Part shown: piece after piece, positions 49,617 to 59,300 of the stretch
Layout: each line of letters starts with the position of its first letter
Position numbering within the stretch: the first letter of the stretch is position 1
From: Candidatus Obscuribacteraceae bacterium
GTDB taxonomy: Bacteria > Cyanobacteriota > Vampirovibrionia > Obscuribacterales > Obscuribacteraceae
Direction: 5' to 3'
Assembly (NCBI GenBank): GCA_044226015.1
Contig: JBGAHS010000002.1
Coordinates: forward strand, 1,043,435-1,107,434
DNA length: 64,000 bases
Program-made: the position numbers and the translations under genes
The notes under the pieces: generated by a model
What the model saw: only the letters and a program-made list of their open reading frames with translations
Databases searched by the model: none
Told to the model about the DNA's origin: nothing

Positions 49617-51512
49617 CTAAGTACCCGCGACTGACGCGTGCTTCAATCGTTCGGCACGGCGACGAGCTTCGATGTAGACATAAAGCACGGAAATATCAGC
49701 AGGGCTGACACCACCGATGCGCGAGGCTTGACCAAGCGTCTCAGGACGCAATTTTTGAAGTTTTTCTCGAGATTCTTTCGACAAATTTTCCATGGCAGAG
49801 TAATTGAAATCGCTCGGCATTGCAACGTTATCGAGCTTCTCTGTGCTGGCAACGTGAGCCTTTTGCCGCTCAATGTAGCCTTCATATTTGACTTCGGTTT
49901 CTAGTTCCAACTTCCACAAAAACCCTTTGCCATCTTCCTTAGGACAGGCATTAGCAAGAGCTTCATAAGGCACTTTGGGACGACGCAACAGCTCTTCCAA
50001 CGTCGCGGACTGCTTCAATTGCTCGTCAAATGGGGACAGAACGTCGTTCCATTCAGGGCATGGATGAACGCGTTTAGCACGGAAACGCAAGCGCTCTTCT
50101 TTTATTTCGTCTTGTTTTCTATTGAAGACTTCCCAGCGTTCATCATCGACCATTCCGATCTCACGAGCCAAAGGAGTAAGCCTATAATCAGCGTTGTCTT
50201 GACGTAGCAACAGTCGATATTCAGATCGCGAAGTCATCATTCTGTAAGGCTCTTTAAGCTCTTTACTGACGAGATCATCAACAAGTGTGCCAGTGTAACT
50301 AGAGACACGGCTCAAGGTGAACGGTTCTTTTGCTTTGACAAATAGTGCAGCGTTGATACCAGCCATGATGCCCTGAGCAGCGGCTTCTTCATACCCGCTA
50401 GTGCCTAAAATCTGACCACCAGCAAAGAATCCCGGCAGGTCTTTCGCCATTAATGCATGTGTAAATTGGGTTGCAGGCAAACAATCATACTCGACAGCGT
50501 AAGCTGGACGGACCATCGTTGCATTCTCCAAGCCTGGCAACGAATGCACCATCTCGTGCTGCACAGCCATCGGAAGACTTGTTGAAAATCCTTGCAAGTA
50601 GACCTCGTATGTAGACCGCCCCTCAGGCTCAAGGAAGAGAGAATGGCTCTCCTTATCCGCAAACCGAACTATCTTGTCTTCAATAGAGGGGCAATATCGT
50701 GGACCGATTGCATCAATCATGCCAGAGTACATCGGCGATTCATGCAAGTTTGCACGAATGAGATCGTGGGTTTTATCTGTTGTACGAGTCTGGTGGCAGG
50801 GCAATTGATCACGGACTGGTCCGTTTCGCAAAAAAGAGAACCAATCGTGAGGTTCATCGCCCGGAACTACATCAAGGTTCGTGTAATCAATAGTTCTTCC
50901 ATCGATTCTGGGTGGAGTGCCGGTCTTCAATCGTCCCAAATCAAACCCAAGAGCTTTCAGGCAACCAGAGAGCCCTAAAGCAGGAAACTCACCAGCCCGC
51001 CCGGCTGGCATGGTCTCTTTACCGATCCATATCGTACCTTCGAGGAAAGTACCTGCAGTCAAAACCACAGCGGGTGCGTAAATACGATCACCAAACGCAA
51101 GCTCAACGCCACGTATTCTGCCGTTTTCAACGAGAATAGACTTAACCATTCCCTGGCGCAAAGTCACGTTCGGAAGCGACTCCATGAAATTCTTCATCCA
51201 AATGGAATATTCTCGCTTGTCTGATTGTGCACGCAATGATTGAACGGCGGGTCCGCGGCTCATGTTTAATGTGCGCATTTGCAAATAAGTTGCATCAGCA
51301 GCAATCCCCATGATGCCACCCATCGCATCAACTTCTTTGACCAGCTGCGACTTTCCAGGACCACCCACGGCAGGATTACACGGCATGGCTCCGATCGTGT
51401 CAATATTGACTGCAAGCATCAATGTCCGGCAACCAAGCCTGCTGGCGGCATTTGCAGCTTCACAGCCCGCATGTCCACCACCTATTACAATGACATCAAA
51501 ATCTAAACTCAT
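49617..51512 (-). CDS. mnmG: tRNA uridine-5-carboxymethylaminomethyl(34) synthesis enzyme MnmG (GidA)
   Basis: DVIVIGGGHAGCEAA, CNPAVGG, RLKTGTPPR, GPRYCPSIEDK, GYEEAAAQG, EPYRMMTSRSEYRL. Confidence 0.98.
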   Translation of the reverse strand: MSLDFDVIVIGGGHAGCEAANAASRLGCRTLMLAVNIDTIGAMPCNPAVGGPGKSQLVKEVDAMGGIMGIAADATYLQMRTLNMSRGPAVQSLRAQSDKREYSIWMKNFMESLPNVTLRQGMVKSILVENGRIRGVELAFGDRIYAPAVVLTAGTFLEGTIWIGKETMPAGRAGEFPALGLSGCLKALGFDLGRLKTGTPPRIDGRTIDYTNLDVVPGDEPHDWFSFLRNGPVRDQLPCHQTRTTDKTHDLIRANLHESPMYSGMIDAIGPRYCPSIEDKIVRFADKESHSLFLEPEGRSTYEVYLQGFSTSLPMAVQHEMVHSLPGLENATMVRPAYAVEYDCLPATQFTHALMAKDLPGFFAGGQILGTSGYEEAAAQGIMAGINAALFVKAKEPFTLSRVSSYTGTLVDDLVSKELKEPYRMMTSRSEYRLLLRQDNADYRLTPLAREIGMVDDERWEVFNRKQDEIKEERLRFRAKRVHPCPEWNDVLSPFDEQLKQSATLEELLRRPKVPYEALANACPKEDGKGFLWKLELETEVKYEGYIERQKAHVASTEKLDNVAMPSDFNYSAMENLSKESREKLQKLRPETLGQASRIGGVSPADISVLYVYIEARRRAERLKHASVAGT

Positions 51513-51700
51513 GGCTCTGTCGTCTATGCCAGGGGAAAATGGGAGAAAGAGGATAATACCAAACTTCCTCTTGATAAAGCAAAGATCGACGCCATCAATG
51601 CTTAGCATTTGACGCTTTAAAGCGATCTTTGTTACAACATAGTTAGGCATAATCTGCCATCATTAACTAAGTTACAGCATTCAGGAGCGAACAAATCGAA

Positions 51701-52555
51701 GTGCGGCTAAGAGGTTCGAGTTTTAGGTGGAACTCAATGGCATGTCTTGCGCTGTGTGCAGCAGGGTCTCTATTCTGGACATCTGCTAACAGCACTGAGG
51801 CGCTCGAAAAACTCGAAAAACCCAATCAATCCGAACAGAATGGAAAGCACTCGTGTTGCCAGGGAATGAAGATCGCTCTTGAGCAAGCTAAGGACAAAAC
51901 TCCAGCAAAAGAATCAAAAAAAGGAAAAAAAGAAAAACAATCTACAACAGCTAAGGATGCGCCAAAGGATCCAAAAGAATCAAAGCCTGCAGAAACTACA
52001 GCAATTGATCGCAAGCCTGTTTTAGACCCATCACAATTTGCGGGATTAGCTGCTTTTGGATACGCGTCGGCGAAAGCCGCCCCAGAAGTCATGGAAAAAC
52101 TATTTTGCTATTGTGGCTGTGACCTTACAGACAGCCATACATCACTGCTAGATTGCTTTACCTCAGCTCATGGTGTGGACTGTCACATCTGTCAGGAGGA
52201 GGCTGTGCTTGCTCTTAAAATGCACAAAGATGGCACTCCAATAAAACAGATTCAGCAAGAAATTGATGAACGATATTCGGACAAGTATCCGTTCGAAGAG
52301 CAAACACCGGCTTACAAGAAATATAAGTCGACAAGACTGTGGACCAGTTCTGGCACCGCGGGTGACACTACCGCTGCCAGCACAACAGCAGCCAGCACGG
52401 ATAAAGCAACACAAAAAGAAGCCGCAGGACCAGCTGGTCCCGATGGACCCGACGAAAAATGCGAGAAAAAGCCGCCCAAACTTAAGCCTGGAAAGACAGT
52501 AGGCAAGTGTTGTGGAGCTGGGCACGATCACAACGATAAGTCCAAGAAAAAATAG
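51701..52555 (+). CDS. Secreted PCYCGC-motif family protein
   Basis: FCYCGC...HTSLLDCF...HGVDCHIC; signal peptide. Confidence 0.8.
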   Translation: MRLRGSSFRWNSMACLALCAAGSLFWTSANSTEALEKLEKPNQSEQNGKHSCCQGMKIALEQAKDKTPAKESKKGKKEKQSTTAKDAPKDPKESKPAETTAIDRKPVLDPSQFAGLAAFGYASAKAAPEVMEKLFCYCGCDLTDSHTSLLDCFTSAHGVDCHICQEEAVLALKMHKDGTPIKQIQQEIDERYSDKYPFEEQTPAYKKYKSTRLWTSSGTAGDTTAASTTAASTDKATQKEAAGPAGPDGPDEKCEKKPPKLKPGKTVGKCCGAGHDHNDKSKKK

Positions 52556-52680
52556 TAGAGAAAATCTTCCACAAGTTCCATCAACGAACATGGCATGCCA
52601 AGCACTTAGCGCCGACATGAGCGAAAAGCACCTTGGCATCACCCGCTATTTGACAGCCCCTGAGCCTGGGAAGCTAATGG

Positions 52681-52785
52681 ATTTTCGGAATTTGATCGAT
52701 ATCGATCAAATTCTGTGTTTTGCGAGCCCGCAAACCCAGTAAATTTTCGAATTCCGATCGATATCGATCAAATTCTGCGTTTTGG
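52681..52785. repeat. Two 62-bp-spaced copies of the GATCGATATCGATC palindrome element
   Basis: Perfect 26-bp palindrome GAATTTGATCGATATCGATCAAATTC at 52688-52713; second core at 52756-52769. Confidence 0.9.
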
Positions 52786-53266
52786 AAGCGCTCCAGCTCA
52801 GCATTTATCAGTCACACAAATCCAGCTACAACGCATCGAGATTTTTTTCAAGCAAGCGCAAAGTGACAAGCAGAAAGTACCAACTTCGCCCACTAAAGCC
52901 AAAGCAGTAAAGAGGCAAAATCTTTCGCCTCCTCACGCAGGATTTAAGATATCGCCCATCCGCCTGAACAATATTTAAGAGCTATATCCATAAACCAAAC
53001 AGAAAAGAAACAGCAGATACCGAAAACAAAGCAGCTCCCTACATTCACGGACTCCAGGAGGCAAAAAAGAGAAGCCCGTTTTCACACCTGACAACGCCCA
53101 AACCGCGCCGGAAGATTGTCTTTACCATGCAAAATGCGCTTGTCATCGTTTCCAAGTACCATTTTTTAAGAAACCTGATTGCGAAATTCCCGTCCTTCAG
53201 CTAGTGACAAGAGTTTTTTTCTTGCTAAAATTGGTTAACCTTAATTCAATAGAAAAGAGGATGCGA

Positions 53267-53686
53267 ATGGAAAAGGTAGTACACACTGCTGAGACCCAGC
53301 GCGCCTGGACGATTGTTTGCGATGACAAATGTCCCGTCGTTGATTTTTTGTCTCGCCTGATCAGATCATGCGACAAAGCTGGATTTTTTACTTTTGTTGG
53401 TCGTGAAAACGCCGATGAATATTCGCGTTCGCTTATGCGAGAACTCGTCAGCACTCCCTGGAGTCTTCTATTGATAGATGACGAAGGCAAGCGCTTCGAA
53501 GGTCCAGCGGCGATACCATTCATTCTTAAGCACCTACCATCCGGTCGTCTAGCTTGCGTGCTCTATCTCATTCCGGGCACAATGTGGCTGACCCGCAAGC
53601 TTTACATGTCGGTTTCCCGTAATCGCAGAAAAATTGCAACTCTTGCAGTTTCATCAAAGCAAGAGAAGGGTCAAAACGCTGCCTGA
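53267..53686 (+). CDS. DCC1-like (DUF393) thiol-disulfide oxidoreductase family protein, degenerate
   Basis: IVCDDKCPVV, LLIDDEGKRFEGPAAI, LY..VSRNR. Confidence 0.7.
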   Translation: MEKVVHTAETQRAWTIVCDDKCPVVDFLSRLIRSCDKAGFFTFVGRENADEYSRSLMRELVSTPWSLLLIDDEGKRFEGPAAIPFILKHLPSGRLACVLYLIPGTMWLTRKLYMSVSRNRRKIATLAVSSKQEKGQNAA

Positions 53687-54792
53687 TGACCGGCACGGAA
53701 CCGGTACAAATCAGAAAGATTATCCACATTGATATGGATGCATTTTTTGCATCGGTAGAACAGCGCGACGAGCCTTCCTACCGAGGAAAGCCTGTTGTCG
53801 TCGGGGGCTCACCCGACAAACGAGGAGTTGTTGCAGCTGCTAGTTATGAGGCAAGAAAGTTTGGCATTCATTCAGCGATGCCATCGCGTTCTGCCCTTCA
53901 ACGTTGCCCTCAGCTCATTTTTGTGCGACCCAGATTTGAAATCTACAAATCAGTTTCAAATCAAATACGAGAAATTTTTCTTGAGTATACGGATTTGATG
54001 GAACCTCTATCTCTCGATGAAGCCTATCTCGATGTGAGCAACAACAAAAAAGAAATGCCGTCCGCGACTTTGATAGCCAAAGAAATCAAACAAAAGATCT
54101 TCCAGCAGACTGAATTAACAGCATCCGCCGGAGTATCAATAAACAAATTTCTAGCCAAAACAGCATCGGGAATGCGCAAGCCAAACGGACTCTTTCTTAT
54201 CACTCCAGATAAAGCAGAATCATTCGTCGAAACCTTGAAAATAGAAGACTTTTACGGCATTGGAAAGGTCACCGCAGAGAAAATGAAATCGCTAGGAATA
54301 TTCACCGGCGCAGACCTCAAACGCTGGTCGGAAAACGACCTGATTCAAAAATTCGGGAAGGTCGGTCACTTCTATTACCAAATTGCACGCGGTCGTGACG
54401 AGAGACCCGTTGAGCCAAATCGCATATCGAAATCGATTGGCGCGGAGGAGAGCTTTGCCCAAGACCTTTCAACAAGAGAGGAAATGCTTGAAGCGCTCAA
54501 AGAAATCGCCGAAACAGTAAACAGACGATTGGAAAAGAATCAAACCGCTGGCAGAACTGTAACGCTCAAGGTCAAGTACGCTGACTACAAGCAGATTACA
54601 CGCAGCCGCACGCTTGCAGAGTCAATTAATGACGTAGAGAGTCTTTGGACAGTAGCCGTAAGCTTATTAGAATCAAGTGAGGTCGACAAGAAAAATGTCC
54701 GACTTTTGGGTATATCATTGTCCAACTTGGACTCAGAACGCGAAGAAAGCGAGTTCAAGCAACTGAGTATCGAACTGGAGCAAGCCACTTGA
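53686..54792 (+). CDS. dinB: DNA polymerase IV
   Basis: RKIIHIDMDAFFASVEQRD, ASYEARKFG, SLDEAYLD, KPNG, GIGKVT, VRLLGI. Confidence 0.97.
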   Translation: MTGTEPVQIRKIIHIDMDAFFASVEQRDEPSYRGKPVVVGGSPDKRGVVAAASYEARKFGIHSAMPSRSALQRCPQLIFVRPRFEIYKSVSNQIREIFLEYTDLMEPLSLDEAYLDVSNNKKEMPSATLIAKEIKQKIFQQTELTASAGVSINKFLAKTASGMRKPNGLFLITPDKAESFVETLKIEDFYGIGKVTAEKMKSLGIFTGADLKRWSENDLIQKFGKVGHFYYQIARGRDERPVEPNRISKSIGAEESFAQDLSTREEMLEALKEIAETVNRRLEKNQTAGRTVTLKVKYADYKQITRSRTLAESINDVESLWTVAVSLLESSEVDKKNVRLLGISLSNLDSEREESEFKQLSIELEQAT

Positions 54793-55628
54793 CCATCAAA
54801 ACCAAGCCCACATCAACACACCAAATACGGTGCCTAGTTGAGTTAACAACGGCAATACTTATTTGTGTGGCGCTGCCGGCATATGGACAACAGGGGATGC
54901 TGAAGGGCTCGGCACAATATTCTGCCAATTCTGGAGCAATAGATCCCCTTCTCTGGCCAGGTAATACACTGGACAAAGATGCAGCCAGAGCAATGCTTCG
55001 AGACCCTTCACTGGAGTCGGCAATATGGGCTCCAATACCCACCTGGGAAGCCGGAGATTGGACAAGCAACCAAGCAGTAAACACTCGTGCTATTAAGTAC
55101 GTAAACGGAATGCCAATGGACATACAGCCTCTCGGAGTTCACACCTCCATGGGCAAATTCAACAAGGGTTATTTGAAAGACGCCAGAGGAACAGTTTGGC
55201 ACCTATTTAACTCCGATTATTGGACCGAAACGGTATTGGATGATTGCACACTTGTCTCATACATTGTATTTTGTAGCCCAAATGGCAGCCCAGATTATCC
55301 CGACTTTTATGCCGAATCTGTAGACTTCAAAGTAACAAAACCGAGCAACCAGATTTTGTCAGTTAGAAAAGCAAAATCATGGACCAAGTACTCAAATCTT
55401 GCCGATGGCACTATTAAAGAAGATTCGCTTCGAACAAATTTCGACCAATCCGGACAGGCAACAGTGACTAGCATAAACACAGCGCTGGCAAAACGAACGG
55501 CACCATTCTCTTCATACGAAAAAAGTTTCTCCAACAATCCAAAAATCATAAAGAGCTTTTCCGACTATCTAAAAGCACACGGGTTAGAGGCGCTGCTTCC
55601 TAAACAACCTACTACAACCGCAAAGTAA
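54789..55628 (+). CDS. Secreted hypothetical protein
   Basis: 279-aa ORF overlapping the dinB stop; signal-peptide-like N-terminus. Confidence 0.7.
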   Translation: MTIKTKPTSTHQIRCLVELTTAILICVALPAYGQQGMLKGSAQYSANSGAIDPLLWPGNTLDKDAARAMLRDPSLESAIWAPIPTWEAGDWTSNQAVNTRAIKYVNGMPMDIQPLGVHTSMGKFNKGYLKDARGTVWHLFNSDYWTETVLDDCTLVSYIVFCSPNGSPDYPDFYAESVDFKVTKPSNQILSVRKAKSWTKYSNLADGTIKEDSLRTNFDQSGQATVTSINTALAKRTAPFSSYEKSFSNNPKIIKSFSDYLKAHGLEALLPKQPTTTAK

Positions 55629-55825
55629 CGGCACATACGCGCGGCTCCAAAATCATCGACTTCAACCACAATGCAATAGCACACACCAACAATACGCCTC
55701 GGCTACAACCGAAAACAACGGCACACGAATAATTCGCGCGGCTCCAAAACCATCGGCTTCAACCGCAAAACAACGGCACACGTATAATACGCGCGGCTCC
55801 AAAATCATCGGCTTCAACCGCAAAA
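55615..55825. repeat. About 55-bp imperfect direct repeats (3 copies plus fragments)
   Basis: CAACCG(C)AAA...ACGGCACA...CGCGCGGCTCCAAAA.CATCG.CTT starting at 55615, 55706, 55760. Confidence 0.85.
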
Positions 55826-55885
55826 TATCCTGGCGCAAGAAGTCAGCGCAGAGCCGCCCCTAAAGTATACATCACCGAAATCAAC

Positions 55886-56280
55886 ATGGGGACTATGACA
55901 CAGCACGACGTGGGGACTATGACACAGCACGACGTGGGGCCACGGCACAAACACGGGACTATGACACAACACGACATGGGGACTATGACACGGCACGACA
56001 TGGGGACTATGACACGGCACGACATGGGGACTATGACACGGCACGACATGGGGACTATGACACAGCACGACATGGGGACCACTACACAGCACGACATGGG
56101 GACCACTACACAGCACGACATGGGGACCACGGCACAAACAAGGGACCACAACACAACACTCCATGGCACCACGGCACAAACACGGGACCACAACACAACA
56201 CTCCATGGCACCACGGCACAAACACGGGACCACAACACAACACTACATGGCACCACGACACAAACACGGGACCACAACAC
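55886..56280. repeat. Composite 24-bp / 42-bp tandem array
   Basis: About 9 x ATGGGGACTATGACACAGCACGAC, then about 3.5 x CACGGCACAAACACGGGACCACAACACAACACTCCATGGCAC. Confidence 0.92.
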
Positions 56281-56318
56281 AGCGGCACGAGATGGACTAA
56301 AACATCTAAGTTACCAAA

Positions 56319-59300
56319 CTATTCGAAATTAGCCCAGTCATCACCGAGATGCAGAGTCACTTTGCCATTCCGATCTATGTGCTCCCAAGAACCATCTGGA
56401 TGATAAATCGAATTGCTGCCATCTCGAGCATCCTGTTTCAAAATATCGCCCTTCTCATTCTTAAACCAGGTAATTCCATCTTCGGGAGTCTGTCCTTCGT
56501 ATGCTTGCCACTTCTTTTGCGATTCTTTGTAATCCAAGATGTTAGAGAGCTTCCGGTTAAGCTCTGTCATTCGATGAGGACGCAAAGGCTTGTCGCCAGC
56601 AACAACTTCCTTTGGCTTAGCCGCGGCTTTCTCAGGCGCAGCCACTTTAGTCTCAATTCCAGCTTTGCTGCGGTATGTCCGATTTCCCCTCGCATCCTCT
56701 AGCACACACGTCCCATCGGGATAGTGTATCTCCTTTCGTTTATTAGGATACTGAATTTGGAAGGTGCCGTCGGCAAATTGTGTTTCAGCATACCCATCTT
56801 TCCTGGTAGCTACAATGTCGCCCTTGTCCGTAACATCCAGCTCTCCATCCATAACATCTTGCTTGCGTCCCTTCTCATCAAAGAAGATCCAGCCGCCCGT
56901 CTCAGCGGCATTGCGCTTCCACTTGCCACCATCTATGGTGATTTCAACCAACACATTTGCTGAATTGTACTTCACAGTAGTGGCTGATCCATCCGGGTAT
57001 TTGTAGGTAAAAACCCGCTCAGCAGAAACAATCTTCTTTATAGCGCCAGTTCCAGGTCGGTGCTTTCTGTCGTACTCGTCCTTAGGAGGAGTTATCATTG
57101 CCTGCGAATGGATACCACCTGCTTCACTATCTGATGGAGTTTCCCAGGGGTTGTACGCAAGTGGCGAGAGTCCCTTACCACTCCTCGAACCTATCGCATT
57201 GTTCAAACCGAGACTCGCGGCCGCAGTAATTGGCGGTCCTGAAGCTGCATTTCCAGTGTGAGCAGGCGCAGCCACCGACGGCTTGCTCTCCTGTCGAGCC
57301 GTATGCGCTGACGAATCCGGCACCGCAGATGGTGACTGCCCCATAACAGGATCTACCGAAGGATTATCCCCAGCGGTACCAAGGCGGGCTTTGGCCGATG
57401 CCGCAAACTTGACCTTCACATCCTTATTATCAACCTTGTTTTCAACGGGCTTTGGTTCCGCCGCTTTCATCTTTATTGGTCCTGGAACCTGGAAAGGAGG
57501 AGACTGAGTCCTCGACGCGGAAGCGATCTCCTTGTGTTCTACAGCACCCATCATGCGAGTCTGCGTAGTCTTCTTGCGAGCCGGCGCCGAACCAGGTTGA
57601 ATGGCACGACTTTGCTGCAAACTCGACACCGAAGGCGCAACCGCTGGTGGAGTCACTTTCGGAGGAACAATCTTAGGCAAGTCAGCCTTGGGCGCGGGCG
57701 CTCGCTGCTCTGCTGCGTCCGGAACACCGAGGACAGAACGAGCCGCTGCGCTAATCGGATCCGCACTACGGTTTCCAGGACTCAGGAAGGATTGATGCGG
57801 AGACGGAGCCAGAATCTCCGGCGTGGGTGCCTTAGCCGCCTCCCCCCGTAGTGGTAAGGGAGGTGGTATCGCGCTTGATCTTACTGAAACAGCCGAACTC
57901 GACTTAGGCTCCAGCTTTGGGGCTACCTTTTGGGCTTCCAGCTCAGCTTGCGCAGCTGGTTTCGGCTCAATATTTGGAGCTTCCACCTTTGCTTGCACAA
58001 CTGGCTTCGGCATGATCCCTGGAGCTTCCACCTTTGCCTGTACAACTGGCTTCGGCATGATCCCTGGAGCTTCCATCTTTGCCTGTACAACTGGCTTCGG
58101 CATGATCCCTGGAGCTTCCACTTTTGCCTGTACAGCCGGTTTCGGCTCGATCCCTTGAGCTTCCACCTTTGCCTGTACAGCCGGTTTCGGCTCGATCCCT
58201 TGAGCTTCCACCTTTGCTTGCACAGCCGGTTTCGGCTCGATCCCTTGAGCTTCCGACTTAGCCTGTACAGCTGGTTTCGGCTCGATCCCTTGAGCTTCCA
58301 CCTTTGCTTGCACAGCCGGTTTCGGCTCGATCCCTTGAGCTTCCGACTTAGCCTGTACAGCTGGTTTCGGCATGATCCCTGGCGCTTCCGACTTAGCCTG
58401 TACAGCCGGCTTCGGCTCGATCCCTGGAGCTTCCGACTTAGCCTGTACAGCTGGTTTCGGCATGATCCCTGGCGCTTCCACCTTTGCCTGTACAGCTGGT
58501 TTCGGCATGATCCCCGGAGCTTCCCCCTCTGCCTGTACTACTGGTTTCGGCATGATCCCCGGAGCTTCCCCCTCTGCCTGTACTACTGGTTTCGGCATGA
58601 TCCCCGGAGCCTCAGGCTTTGCTTGCACAGCTGGTTTCGACATGCTCCCTGGAGCCTCAGACTTAGCCTGTACTTCGGTCTCTGGCTCGGCAACAGATGC
58701 GTGCTCATTCGGTTGGATTTCAGTCTTCGACTCCGAACTGCGAGCAATTACTGAATGCGACTCAACCTTCAACTCCTCAGCTTTCATGCGCGTTACAGAG
58801 TGAGGTGCAGATGTTCCAGGTGCATGACGCTCACCAGAACTCTTCAAATGTTCAGCAGATTGAGCAGGCTTGGCAGAGCCACCCCAGAATCTGCCACCTC
58901 GCTTCTGCGGCAAAGCGTGTGAACTGACTTCCGGACTGGTGCCAGACCAGAACCTTCCAAGCATCTGTACGGCAGCGGCTCCCTCGTCATGCGATACACT
59001 CCCGCCCTGAGCAGACGTTGCATCACCATGGGAGTTGAATGCGCCGGTTGCGTTGTTGGCATTCGATGCGACAGAGGAATGAATCGCGCTACCACTCGCA
59101 GAAAGTGGCTGCGAAACACCCTGAGGGTCACCAGCAGTAGCAGCGCCAGAAGGAGACAAAAACTTTTCAGAAGGTCCTGGAATTTTAATAGGATTCACTT
59201 CTTGCTCAAGTTGCGACTCTCGCCTAAATTGCTCAACCAAGTCCTGGATGCGTGCCTCAACCGGATTGATATTCTCAGCTTGATTATTGGTACCAGATGC

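Noticed and set aside
52715..52978. 87-aa ORF starting inside the palindrome element
   Set aside because: It begins within the repeat, has no RBS and no recognisable domain.
48230..53200. oriC next to mnmG (gidA), as in some bacteria
   Set aside because: I saw no cluster of DnaA boxes and no AT-rich unwinding element. The only TTATCCACA noticed (53720-53728) is inside dinB. Not excluded without GC-skew analysis.
57823..58803. Long plus-strand ORFs (274, 143 and 111 aa) over the 45-bp repeat
   Set aside because: Antisense shadows of the in-frame repeat in the 1544-aa gene.
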